A stretch of DNA of 64,000 bases, taken from the NCBI GenBank assembly GCA_965603825.1, contig CBFDEM010000026.1, positions 1-64,000 of the forward strand, read 5' to 3'. Position numbers and translations under genes: made by a program. Shown here in pieces: positions 27,656-39,813 of the stretch (positions within the stretch are counted from its first letter, which is position 1; each line of letters begins with the position of its first letter). The notes below the pieces were generated by a model. It made no database searches and was not told the origin of the DNA. It worked only from the letters and a program-made list of their open reading frames with translations. Origin of the DNA: Blepharisma stoltei ATCC 30299 (taxonomy: Eukaryota; Protista; Ciliophora).

Positions 27656-28337
27656 AAGGATAATTAATTGTTTTTATTATTCGTTTGCATAAGTTTGACT
27701 TCATGGAAATAATTTTTACCAATAATGGATGAAGCACGCTGCAATATATTTCCTTTTCATAGCACGTGTGAAAATTTTAAGCTCTCTAAATATTGGAATT
27801 TAAACAAAAACTCTAAATCACTATTTTAGGTAAAGCTATATGGAGATTACTCTTAACAAATAAATTTTATTTAGAAAGTTTTACGTTTAATTGAGATGAT
27901 AGTTAAATTAAGTCAACTCAATATTAATTATTTCTAGTTTTTCTGAATAATTGATCTAAGCTTCCATTTAAGTTATTTGTGCTGCCTTAACTTAAGAGCT
28001 AAAACTTATAATTGTTGATTTATAAAATCTATTAAATATTAAAGCAGTGACTGACTTATTTTTTTAGTTTAGGCTAAGTCACTGGCTTTTAATTTTTTAG
28101 TGCTCTCTAATAGACTCGTAATTTTTATTGTCGTTTCGAAAAGTTGCCTATACTCGAAACATAAAAAATTGAAGATCTATTTTCGATAAAACGGGCTTAC
28201 GCGTGCTTTTATTTAAAATTATTAATTTTTAAAAGTCTTTTTGAATCCCTTTTTAGAGTTCTAAGAACTCGCTTTTATATCCTTTTTTAAAATTTATTTC
28301 GATAATTCATTTTTATTTATACGGATATAATTATTAA

Positions 28338-29690
28338 ATGGGAAGGTCGACCCGACTGAAGGCATGCTTTATAATTTTTTGTCTTTCCTTTGGTATTGCT
28401 GCTTATTCTCCTTTTGCAAAATGGGTTTTTACCCCAAACAATCTAGTAGATGGGAAGATCAAAAACTTATCATCTAATAGCAATGAGCCTTTCGCAGGAA
28501 ATGGTGAACTAATTTCTACATCAGATGTAACTTGTAAAGGTCTTCATATCGCTTCTTCCGAAGCTGCTTACTCAGGAACTGCAAGTGCTATTTCCTCGTC
28601 CACAGTAGAGTTTGGGATAAGTATATGAACGAGCTTGCAAGGCAATGGAGATCCAGGTTATATAGCACGTTATTTAATAAGCATGTCACTTTATCAAACC
28701 GCATTAAAGGATCAAATCTTGGTCTTTAAGACACCTTCATATGAATTAAAAAAATTTCCTATTTCTCAAGGTATGTTTTAGAAAGGAAAATGAATATTTT
28801 TTATCTTTTATTTTGTTAAAATTCAATTCCTTTGGACTTGGACAGTTATTTCTCCAGAGTTTTCCACTGTTACTTTAACTGATGCCTACGACCCAGGGAA
28901 TATAATTATAATTGGCTGAAATATAGATGCAGACTATTATGAGATTCAAGTCTTCAAAAAAGCTACTATAAACTCGTCTATTGTCACTTTATATGACATC
29001 TCTGATGCTACTTATGATGCTACAACTTCGACTTGTCCAGCCTCTTGCGCCAGTTATTGTCACCCCGAAATGGGATGCTTGAGCTCAACAGCTTGCCCAT
29101 GTCCGACAATTTGCACATGCTCTGCAAATGATGGAGTGTGCTCATCTTGCAACGATCCAAATGGTGACCTTGCAAATAAGTGTCAATGTAAGACTAATTA
29201 TGCTCTCGAAGGACTTATTTGTGTCTTAAGTAATTTTTATATAGAATCCCCTCCAAATTGTGCATTATGAACAGCAGAAAAGGTATGCACTCAATGCGAT
29301 CCAAACTTTTTCCTCTATAATAGCGGCTCTTCTACAAGCTGCTTAGGTAACTTTTATTTAGCTTGTGACTCATGCACTTCTTGCAATGCTAGTCCTACTT
29401 GCTTTAAATGTGCTGATGTAATTTCTCAATCTGGAAACTCTTGCAGAGTTTACTCAGTTGGGTACAAGTTTAGCTTTGTCTCTCCAAACATTATTGTTGA
29501 CTTCGCCTATCCGTTAGCAAAGACTCTAAAAATCAGCAACTTAAAAGCAACAACTACCGATAACCAGGCTATCTCGACCACTACTTGGCAAATTCACTCA
29601 CAAACGGCAAGCCAGCTACAGATTAGAACTGATCTTATTCTAAGCCAGCTCCCAATCAAGCTTAAATTCAGCTTTGAGCAGGACCCTTAG
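28338..29690 (+). CDS. Array copy 6, intact
   Basis: In frame from ATG to TAG. Intron 1 variant is GTATGTTTTAGAAAG. Confidence 0.87.
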
Positions 29691-31869
29691 AAGGATAATT
29701 AATTCTTCTTTCTTAAGATCGACTTCATGGAATTTAATTTTTTACCAATAATGGATGAAGGGCTGCAACATATTTCTTTTTCATATTGAACTAAAATTCT
29801 GAGCTCTCTAAATATTACTATTATTGATATTTAAAGAAAAAATATAATTCACTAATGCAGGAAAGCTATATTTATAAATACTTATTATATTCGGGATATG
29901 GAATTATTTTAATCAAAGAATTAATTTTCCTCAAATAATTTTTTCCTCTAATTAAAAAAGAGAATAAATCCCAAAGTGCATAATAAACGAAATCTCAATA
30001 AAAACATCCAAAACTCGTATAATCACATTCATTTGGCCATCAACCACACTTTATGAATACTGATCAACCTCGATGATTAGCCCATTAAAGCTCAACTTTC
30101 AGTCGTTTATAAATAGATTAAATCGCTCCAGCTGAAACTCCGAAAATGAATCTAATATAATCAGCTTGAAACAAAGCCATTTCTCCAGCTGAATTAAGTC
30201 CATTGCCAATTCATCTCAAGTCGAATCGTCAGCTTTTTCGAAAAATATTTTGAAAAAATGTGGGAATATTTGGAATTTCTTATGACAGATTGCGAACGTT
30301 TAATTCTATGCATGGTGTCTTTTATTGAAACTAAACTATTTCTGAAAGCATATGAGTAAGGCATTTGATTTTGAAGAGAAATCCCAACAGTCTCACCTCC
30401 ACTTTCTGTTGCTCATATTCCTAAGCTGACATATAAAATTGCATGCTTATTAGTTGATTATTTCAGACCGATATAGAGTTTGGGCACAATTTTCATATAG
30501 ATAAGCTATTTACAATAGAAAACAGCAATATGACGATAAGTTATAGCGAAAATCTTCATAGGTATTTTCAATATATTTTGGAGTTAAATGGAATTTTTGA
30601 AGGATTTCTAATTACTTGTCTATGATATTGAGAATACTTAAATATCCAAGCCTTATGACTTTTTGTTTCAAGTGTCAAAGGGCTTCTACAAGAATTCAAG
30701 AGCTCTAAAATGCATATTTGGGGACCCTAAAATGGCTGCAACAAGAGTGGGCTTGGAGGTCATAGATTTTTAGCATATCCAGTTTATTTCGAAAATTTGT
30801 AATAATTTTCGAAATCCTTCAAGACCAAAGAGAGAGCATGCTACTAGCGATAAGTTTAGCTTAAGCAAAATAAGTATAACTGGCTTGCTTAATCCTGTAG
30901 CTCAAACTTCAATAGTGCTATTTGAAGAAAAAAACTAATCAAAGACCATAAGCTGGGAGCATATTAAAATGTACATATTTTTAAGTTTAAGGATAGGCGT
31001 GATACTGTTACAAATAATTTTCTAAGACTTATCTTAATAATTTAAACTTTACGAAAAAATTGAAGTCTTTATTAGGATTATAATTATAAGCTTAAGTTCG
31101 TAAATTAACTCATTTTGTAGCTTGCTATCAGAATTTCTTCCATTTAAGCTATTTGTGCAGCCTTAACTTAAGAGCTTAACTTAAAATAATTATTAAAATT
31201 ATAGCATTATAGAAGAATCCGCTTCATGAATTTCCCTAACCTAACTGTTATTATAGGGCTAAGTTTTTGTACATAATTTATGTCTGGTAGTCTGATAAAG
31301 GCAAGACTACTTAGCATCTTTCATTTTCGTACTTTACCTCTTCCTGTGCTTGATACTGCAAGACCATTAGACCAAACAGGTGTTAGAAGATAAGGTGATA
31401 ACCATGCCGCTTGAATTTTTAGAACTTCTGGGTTATTAAATAACCTAATTGAAGCTAAAATCGAGTCAAAGGTGTATGAGCAATCTAGGGTAGCGAAAAA
31501 ATTGCCCCTCATTGAACTGGTATTTAGAGGCTAGATTATCGGATAAGAAAATTAAGTTATTATATATTTATAGCAATGACTAAATTATTTTTTAGTTTAG
31601 GCTAAGTCACTGGCTTTTAATTTTTCAGTGCTCTTTAATTGATTCGTAATTTTTATTGTCGTTTTCCAAGAAGCTACCTACACTAGAAACATAAAAAATT
31701 GAAGATCTATTTTCGATAAAACGTGCTTATGCGTGCTTTTATTTGAAATTATTAATTTTTAAAAGTCTTTTTCAAATCCCTTTTTAGATTTCTAAGAACT
31801 CGCTTTTATATCCGTTTTTTAAAATTTATTTCGATAATTCATTTTTATTTATACGGATATAATTATTAA

Positions 31870-33231
31870 ATGGGAAGGTCGACCCGACTGAAGGCATGCT
31901 TTATAATTTTTTGTTTTTCCTTTGGTATTGATGCTTATTCTCCTTTTGCAAAATGGGTTTTTACCCCAAACAATCTAGTAAATGGGAAGATCAATGACTC
32001 ATCATCATATAGCAATATGCCTTTCGGAGCATTAGATGGTTATAAAATAATTGCTACATCAGATGTAACTTGTAAAGGTTTTCATACCTATTCTGTTCCT
32101 GCTTACTACTTTGCAACTGCAAGTGCTATTTCCTCGTCCACAGTAGAGCTTGGGGTAAGTATATGAATGAGCTTGCAAGGCAATGGATACCCAGTTTCAG
32201 TATGACCTTCTTATGGAGAAGATCCACCTTATACAACCACATTTAAGGATCACACAATCTTGGTCTTTAAGACACCTTCAGATGAAATAAAAGAAGTTCC
32301 TATTTCCGAAGGTATGCTTTAGATAGGAAAATGAATATTTTTGGTATTTTATTTTGTTAAAATTCAAACCCTTTGGACTTTGACAGTTATTTCTCCAGAG
32401 TTTTCCGCTTTTAGTTTAACTGATACCTACGGCCCAGGGGATGAAATTATAATTGGAAATTATATAGATGCATACTATTATGAGATTCAATATTTCAAAA
32501 AAGCTACTATAAACTCGTCTATTGTCACTTTATATGACAACCTTGATGCTACTTATGATGCTACAACTTCGACTTGTCCAGCTTCTTGCAATACTTATTG
32601 TCACTCCGATGTGGGATGCTTAAGCTCAACAGCTTGCCCATGCCCGGCACTTTGCACATGCTCTGCAAATGATGGAGTGTGCTCATCTTGTAACGATCCA
32701 AATGGTGACCTTGCAAATAAGTGTCAATGCAAAACTAATTATGCTCTCGAAGGACTTACTTGTGTCTTAAGTAATTTTTATGCAGATTCTCCTCTCAATT
32801 GTGCATTATGAACAGCAGAAAAGGTATGCACTCAATGCAATCCATACTTTTTCCTCTATAATAGCGGCACTTCTGCAAGCTGCTTAGGTAACTTTTATTT
32901 AGCTTGTGACTCATGCACTTCTTGCAATGCTAGTCCTACTTGCTTTAAATGTACTGATGTAATTTCTCAAGCTGGAAACTCCTGTAGAGTTGACTCAGTT
33001 GGGTACAAACTTAGCTTTGCTTCTCCAAACATTGTTTTTGACTTCGCCTATCCGTTAGCAAAGACTCTAAAAATTAGCAACTTAAAAGCAGCAACAACTG
33101 ATAGCCAGGCTATCTCGACCACTACTTGGCAAATCCACTCACAAACTGCAAGCCAGCTACAGATTAGAACTGATCTTGTCCTAAGCCAGCTCCCAATCAA
33201 ACTTGACTTCAGCTTTGAGCAGGACCCTTAG
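31870..33231 (+). CDS. Array copy 7, intact
   Basis: In frame from ATG to TAG with two 15-nt introns. Confidence 0.88.
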
Positions 33232-33906
33232 AAGGATAATTAATTCTTTTTTCTTAAGTTTGACTTCATGGAAATAATTTTTACCAATAATGGATGAAGC
33301 ACGCTGCAATATATTTCCTTTTGATAGCACGTGTGAAAATTTTAAGCTCTCTAAATATTGCAATTTAAAAAAAAATCTAAATCACTATTTTAGGTAAAGC
33401 TATATGGAGATTACTCTTAACAAATAAATTTTATTTAGAAAGTTTTACGTTTAATTCAGATGATAGTTAAAATAAGTGAACCCAATATTAATTATTTCTA
33501 GTTTTTCTGAATAATTGATCTAAGCTTCCATTTAAGCTATTTGTGCTGCCTTAACTTAAGAGCTAAAACTTATTGATTGTTGATTTATAAAGTCTATTAA
33601 ATATTAAAGCAGTGACTGAATTACTTTTTTAGTTTAGATTAAGTCACTGGCTTTTAATTTTTTAATGCTCTCTAATAGATTCGTAATTTTCATTGTCGTT
33701 TTCCAAGAAGTTACCTACACTCGAAACATAAAAAATTGAAGATCTATTTTCGATAAAACGTGCTTATGCGTGCTTTTATTTAAAATTATTAAATTTTAAA
33801 AGTCTTTTTTAAATCCCTTTTTAGAGTTCTAAGAACTCGCTTTTATATCCGTTTTTCACAATTTATTTCGATAATTCATTTTTATTTATACGGATATAAT
33901 TATTAA

Positions 33907-35264
33907 ATGGGAAGGTCGACCCGACTGAAGGCATGCTTTATAATTTTTTGTTTTTCCTTTGGTATTGTTGCTTATTCTCCTCTTGCAAAATGGGTTTTTA
34001 CCCCAAACAATCTAGTAGATGGGAAGATCAAAGACTCATCATCTAATAGCAATGAGCCTTTCGCAGAAGATACTTATGGAATAATTGCTACATCAGATGT
34101 AACTTGTAAAGGTTTTCATACCTATTCTCGTACTGCTTACTACTATGGAACTGCAAGTGCTATTTCCTCGTCCACAGTAGAGCTTGGGGTAAGTATATGA
34201 ATGAGCTTGCAAGGCAATGGATACCCAGTTTCAATAGGACCTTCTAATGAATATAGTCTACCTTATTCAACCACATTTAAGGATCACACAATCTTGGTCT
34301 TTAAGACACCTTCAGATGAAATAAAAGAAGTTCCTATTTCCGAAGGTATGTTTTAGATAGGAAAATGAATATTTTTGGTATTTTATTTTGTTAAAATTCA
34401 AACCCTTTGGACTTTGACAGTTATTTCTCCAGAGTTTTCCGCTTTTAGTTTAACTGATACCTACGGCCCAGGGGATAAAATTATAATTGGAATGTATATA
34501 GATGCAGACTATTATGAGATTCAAGTCTTCAAAAAAGCTACTATAAACTCGTCTATTGTCACTTTATATGACAACCTTGATGCTACTTATGATGCTACAA
34601 CTTCGACTTGTCCAGCTTCTTGCAATACTTATTGTCACTCCGATGTGGGATGCTTAAGCTCAACAGCTTGCCCATGCCCGGCACTTTGCACATGCTCTGC
34701 AAATGATGGAGTGTGCTCATCTTGTAACGATCCAAATGGTGACCTTGCAAATAAGTGTCAATGCAAAACTAATTATGCTCTCGAAGGACTTACTTGTGTC
34801 TTAAGTAATTTTTATGCAGATTCTCCTCTCAATTGTGCATTATGAACAGCAGAAAAGGTATGCACTCAATGCAATCCATACTTTTTCCTCTATAATAGCG
34901 GCACTTCTACAAGCTGCTTAGGTAACTTTTATTTAGCTTGTGACTCATGCACTTCTTGCAATGCTAGTCCTACTTGCTTTAAATGTACTGATGTAATTTC
35001 TCAAGTTGGAAACTCCTGTAGAGTTGACTCAGTTGGGTACAAACTTAGCTTTGCTTCTCCAAACATTGTTGTCGACTTCGCCTATCCGTTAGCAAAGACT
35101 CTAAAAATCAGCAACTAAAAGCAGCAACTACTGATAACCAGGCTATCGCGACCACTACTTGGCAAATCCACTCACAAACTGCAAGTCAGTTACAGGTTAG
35201 AACTGATCTAATTCTAAGCCAACTCCCAATCAAACTTGACTTCAGCTTTGAGCAGGACCCTTAG
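33907..35264 (+). pseudogene. Array copy 8, 1-nt deletion giving premature TAA at 35116-35118 (loses about 48 C-terminal aa)
   Basis: AGCAACTAAAAGCA versus AGCAACTTAAAAGCA in the other copies. It could still encode a truncated protein, or be a consensus error. Confidence 0.65.
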
Positions 35265-35939
35265 AAGGATAATTAATTCTTTTTTCTTAAGTTTGACTTC
35301 ATGGAAATAATTTTTACCAATAATGGATGAAGCACGCTGCAATATATTTCCTTTTCATAGCTCGTGTGAAAATTTTAAGCTCTCTAAATATTGCAATTTA
35401 AAAAAAAATCTAAAACACTATTTTAGGAAAAGCTATATGGAGATTACTCTTAACAAATAAATTTTATTCAGAAAGTTTTACGTTTAATTCAGATGATAGT
35501 TAAAATAAGCCAACCCAATATTAATTATTTCTAGTTTTTCTGAATAATTGATCTAAGCTTCCATTTAAGTTATTTGTGCTGCCTTAACTTAAGAGCTAAA
35601 ACTTATTGATTGTTGATTTATAAAATCTATTAAATATTAAAGCAGTGGCTGAGTTAGTTTTTTAGTTTAGGCTAAGTCACTGGCTTTTAATTTTTCAATG
35701 CTCTCTAATAGATTCGTAATTTTCATTGTCGTTTTCCAAGAAGTTACCTACACTCGAAACATCAAAAATTGAAGATCTATTTTCGATAAAATGGGCTTAT
35801 GCGTGCTTTTATTTAAAATTATTAATTTTTAAAAGTCTTTTTCAAATCCCTTTTTATAGTTCTAAGAACTCGCTTTTATGCCCGTTTTTTAAAATTTATT
35901 TCGATAATTCATTTTTATTTATACGGATATAATTATTAA

Positions 35940-37292
35940 ATGGGAAGGTCGACCCGACTGAAGGCATGCTTTATAATTTTTTGTCTTTCCTTTGTTATTG
36001 CTACTTATTCTCCTTTTGCAAAATGGGTTTTTACCCCAAACAATCTAGTAGATGGGAAGATCAAAGACTTATCATCTAATAGCAATGAGCCTTTCGCAGG
36101 AGATGGTAACATAATTGCTACATCAGATGTAACTTGTAAAGGTTTTCATATCTATTCTCGTACTGCTTTCTACTGAGGAACTGCAAGTGCTATTCCCTCG
36201 TCCACAGTAGAGTTTGGGGTAAGTATATGAATGAGCTTACAAGGCAATGGATACCCAGTTTATATAGCACGTTTATATTCAGACATGACATCTTATTACA
36301 CCGAATTTAAGGATCAAATCTTGATTTTTAGAACAACTGAAGACGAAAAAAAAGAAGTTCCTATTTCCGAAGGTATGTTTTAGATAGGAAAATGAATATT
36401 TTTGGTATATTATTTTGTTAAAATTCAATCCCTTTGGACTTTGTCAGTTATTTCTCCAGAGTTTTCCACTGTTACTTTAACTGATGCCTACGAACCAGGG
36501 AAATTAATTATGATTGGAAATATTATAGATGCATATTATTATGAGATTCAATTCTTCAAAAAAGCTACTATAAACTCGTCTATTGTCACTTTATATGACA
36601 ACCTTGATGCTACTTATGATGCTACAACTTCGACTTGTTCAGCTTCTTGTAATACTTATTGTCACCCCGATGTGGGATGCTTAAGCTCAACACCTTGCCC
36701 ATGTCCGACACTTTGCACGTGCTCTGCAAATGATGGAGTGTGCTCATCTTGCAACGATCCAAATGGTGACCTTGCAAATAAGTGTCAATGCAAAACTAAT
36801 TATGCTCTCGAAGGACTTACTTGTGTCTTAAGTAATTTTTATGCAGATTCTCCTCTCAATTGTGCATTATGAACAGCAGAAAAGGTATGCACTCAATGCA
36901 ATCCAAGCTTTTTCCTCTATAATAGCGGCTCTATTACAAGCTGCTTAGGTAACTTTTATTTAGCTTGTGACTCATGCACTTCTTGCAATGCTAGTCCTAC
37001 TTGCTTTAAATGTACTGATGTAATTTCTCAAGTTGGAAACTCCTGTATTGTTGACTCAGTTGGGTACAAACTTAGCTTTGCTTCTCCAAACATTGTTTTT
37101 GACTTCGCCTATCCGTTAGCAAAGACTCTAAAAATTAGCAACTTAAAAGCAACAACTGCTGATAACCAGGCTATCGCGACCACTACTTGGCAAATCCACT
37201 CACAAACTGCAAGCCAGTTACAGATTAGAACTGATCTAATTCTAAGCCAACTCCCAATCAAACTTGACTTCAGCTTTGAGCAGGACCCTTAG
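35940..37292 (+). CDS. Array copy 9, intact
   Basis: In frame from ATG to TAG with two 15-nt introns. Confidence 0.88.
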
Positions 37293-37447
37293 AAGGATAA
37301 TTAATTCTTCTTTCTTAAGCTCGACTTCATGGAATTTAATTTTTATCAATAATAGATATAGCATGCTAAAATATATTTCCTTTTCATAGCCCGCGTGAAA
37401 ATTCTGAGCTCTTAAATATTGCTATTATTAAAATTTAAAGAAAAAAT

Positions 37448-38630
37448 CTAAACCACTATTGTAGGAAAAGCTATATTTATTATATCAGCGATAGGGATTA
37501 TTTTTATCAAAGATTTAATTTTCCTAAAATAAAAGTATATAATAAATGAAATCAAATTAAAACCACCCAAAATTCCTATAATCACATTAATTTGGCCATC
37601 AACCGCACTTTGCAAATACTGATTATTTTCACTGATTAGCCCATTAAAGCTCAAATATAAGTCGTTTATAGCTAGCATAAATGCTGCCAGCCTAAGAAAG
37701 CTCCGAAAATGAATCTAGTTATATTTCGAGCTATTAAAGTGCCATGAAAAAGCCCTAAATAAAAATGTTTCACTTAAAAACGATAAGAAAAACCCTAATG
37801 TATTTTCCCATTTTTTAAAATTCTTCTTGGTTTGGTCTACGCTCTTGAGGCAATCGGCTTAACAATTAGAGAATTATTCATTAGGCAGCAAATATAATTT
37901 TGGTAAATTCTATCGAAATATTGTAATTTGTTATCAATTTTGGTTGAATTTTTTATGTCATAGAGGATATTCCTTGTATATGATGCATAAAGGGCTAAAG
38001 ATTCTCTTGAGTTTGGAAATGTGCCGGCTATTTGTTTATATTGATTATTGAGGAATGCAATATATTCATCAATTTCTTTACTAATTTGCTCAGGCTTGGC
38101 TTTTCTGGTATTACTTCTTTTCAAAATTCCAATAAATTCACACACAATTCAGGTCTTTTTTCTAATTTTTTCGAATTGTGTAAAATATTCTAAAAATTCG
38201 TAACTTCACTACAATTCTTGAGTATTTTTTTAGCATAAATAAGCCTGATAATTTGTCTTCAACCCTCAATCTTGAATTTTTTTGATTTTGCTTAATTTAA
38301 TTCTTGCCAAAGAATTGTCTTCTAGTGCATATAAACAATAATTTGCTACCCAAATAGCTTGAAGTTTGCTTCCATTCAAGCTTTTTTCTATAAAGAAATT
38401 TTCAAAAATGTGAATAATTTTTCTATATTGTTAGAACATAATAAATCTCTAGCCCTTTTTTCAAGCTCTGAATTTATATCGATAAGCCGGTTCGGAATAG
38501 ATGGAACTGATTTTCTCCATGACTTGTGTATAAATTGGATAGCTTGTTCACAATATCCACTTCACAACGGAGCAGAATTGAGCTATGCGAACCTACACAT
38601 CAATGATCTATCCATATATAAAAAGTGACC
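37448..38630 (-). pseudogene. Deleted remnant of a ciliate TmcB-like multi-TM protein gene; its 3' end is carried into several array spacers
   Basis: Fragments FPNSRESLALYASYTRNILYD and a C-terminal TM segment INVIIGILGGFNLISFIIYFYFRKIKSLIKIIP are separated by stops and frameshifts. Homologous pieces lie at ~13900-14258, 21050-21470 and 24680-25200. Confidence 0.55.
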
Positions 38631-38929
38631 CTTTAGGTGAGTAAGGAGTGAACAGAGATTCTGAGGCATGGTGGATTTAGTGTCTAGGAGTGTTTCACTA
38701 TTTTGATAAAAGAAGGTCTGTGAAACACTAGTTCTGAGATAAAATGGGAGGTGTAATTATGATATCACGCAGAACGGAAGACATCCTAAACACTAATTAA
38801 GTAAGTAATGATAGATAGTACAAATTCAATACTCGAGATCTTTATTTTCTTGAAATTCACCCCAGAAGCCAAATTCAAATAATTTCCTAAGCAGTTTACC
38901 ATATTGATTATATTCAAATCCTAACTCAA

Positions 38930-39266
38930 ATGTAAGCCGCTATGTAGGAACAAAATCAATAAGGCCAGTCTTATCTCCCCCAAACCTTCACGGGTGTGTC
39001 TCCCACAAATCAAAGCTCCGCAAAACCCGTTCTTTCCTAACAGGAATTCGAAAAAAGAGCACGAAGAAGCAGCTCTAAAAGATCAAATTGTTAGGGATGA
39101 GATAAAGCACATTCTGGCTCTGCCACAAATTAAAAGAAAGAATAAGTCTGCAGTTCTTGAATGGGCTCCAGCTCGATGTAAAATCAACCCAATTATTAAA
39201 GATTCAAAGTTTCAAGAATCTGATAGCCTATCTGAGGCTTCGACATGCGATTTCTCGCAGCTATAA
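38930..39266 (+). CDS. Small hypothetical protein, 106 aa (MNKINKASLISPKPSRVCLPQIK...), start codon split by a 16-nt intron (38932-38947)
   Basis: AT|GTAAGCCGCTATGTAG|G: removing the intron gives an ATG in frame with track ORF 38994-39266, which otherwise has no ATG. Confidence 0.6.
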
Positions 39267-39813
39267 ATAGTGTTATTATAACTTATATTTGAAAGATTGT
39301 TTTAATTTTTCTTAGCGGAATCCGAGTAAAATAAGTAGGGATGAAATGGGATTTTATATGAGATATTATAATGTAAATATGATGCAATTTTCAGATTTGA
39401 CCAATATGGATTCAATATCAAAAATTTGAGAAAAATCGTTGAAATGTTTAAGTAGAAAGAAGATAAAAATTCGATAAAAAATAAAATTGAGTTTGACTGT
39501 TTAAATAATAATTATATATATAAAATTATTTATGCTTAAATCGTCAAAAATTTAGTCTTAACACTTTTTCATCAAAAAATATAGAATATTAATAAAAAAC
39601 ATTTAATTATTTCAAATCTCAATTTGAAGGTTTATTTAAGAACAAACTTAAACACTGAAACAAATCATTTTAATTTTTGATAAAAAATTATAGATCTGAA
39701 TAAGGATAATTTAGAGCTCATCTTAAACAATTACAATTTTTATCGGCAAAATTATTATTTAACTATTTCTTTCTAAAAACCCTGTTTTATAGAATAATAA
39801 ATTATTATAAATA

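Larger units (their letters stand above)
12473..37292 (+). repeat. Tandem array of nine paralogous secreted LamG/ConA-like + Cys-rich protein genes with mosaic spacers
   Basis: Nine head-to-tail copies begin ATGGGAAGG at 12473, 16158, 19659, 23267, 26317, 28338, 31870, 33907 and 35940. Each has two 15-nt introns and a homologous TAG terminus. Confidence 0.97.

Noticed and set aside
12473-37292. Diversity-generating retroelement or CRISPR-like origin of the array variation
   Set aside because: No reverse transcriptase or template repeat is in the window, substitutions are not adenine-specific and include indels, and the repeats are whole genes rather than short repeats with spacers.
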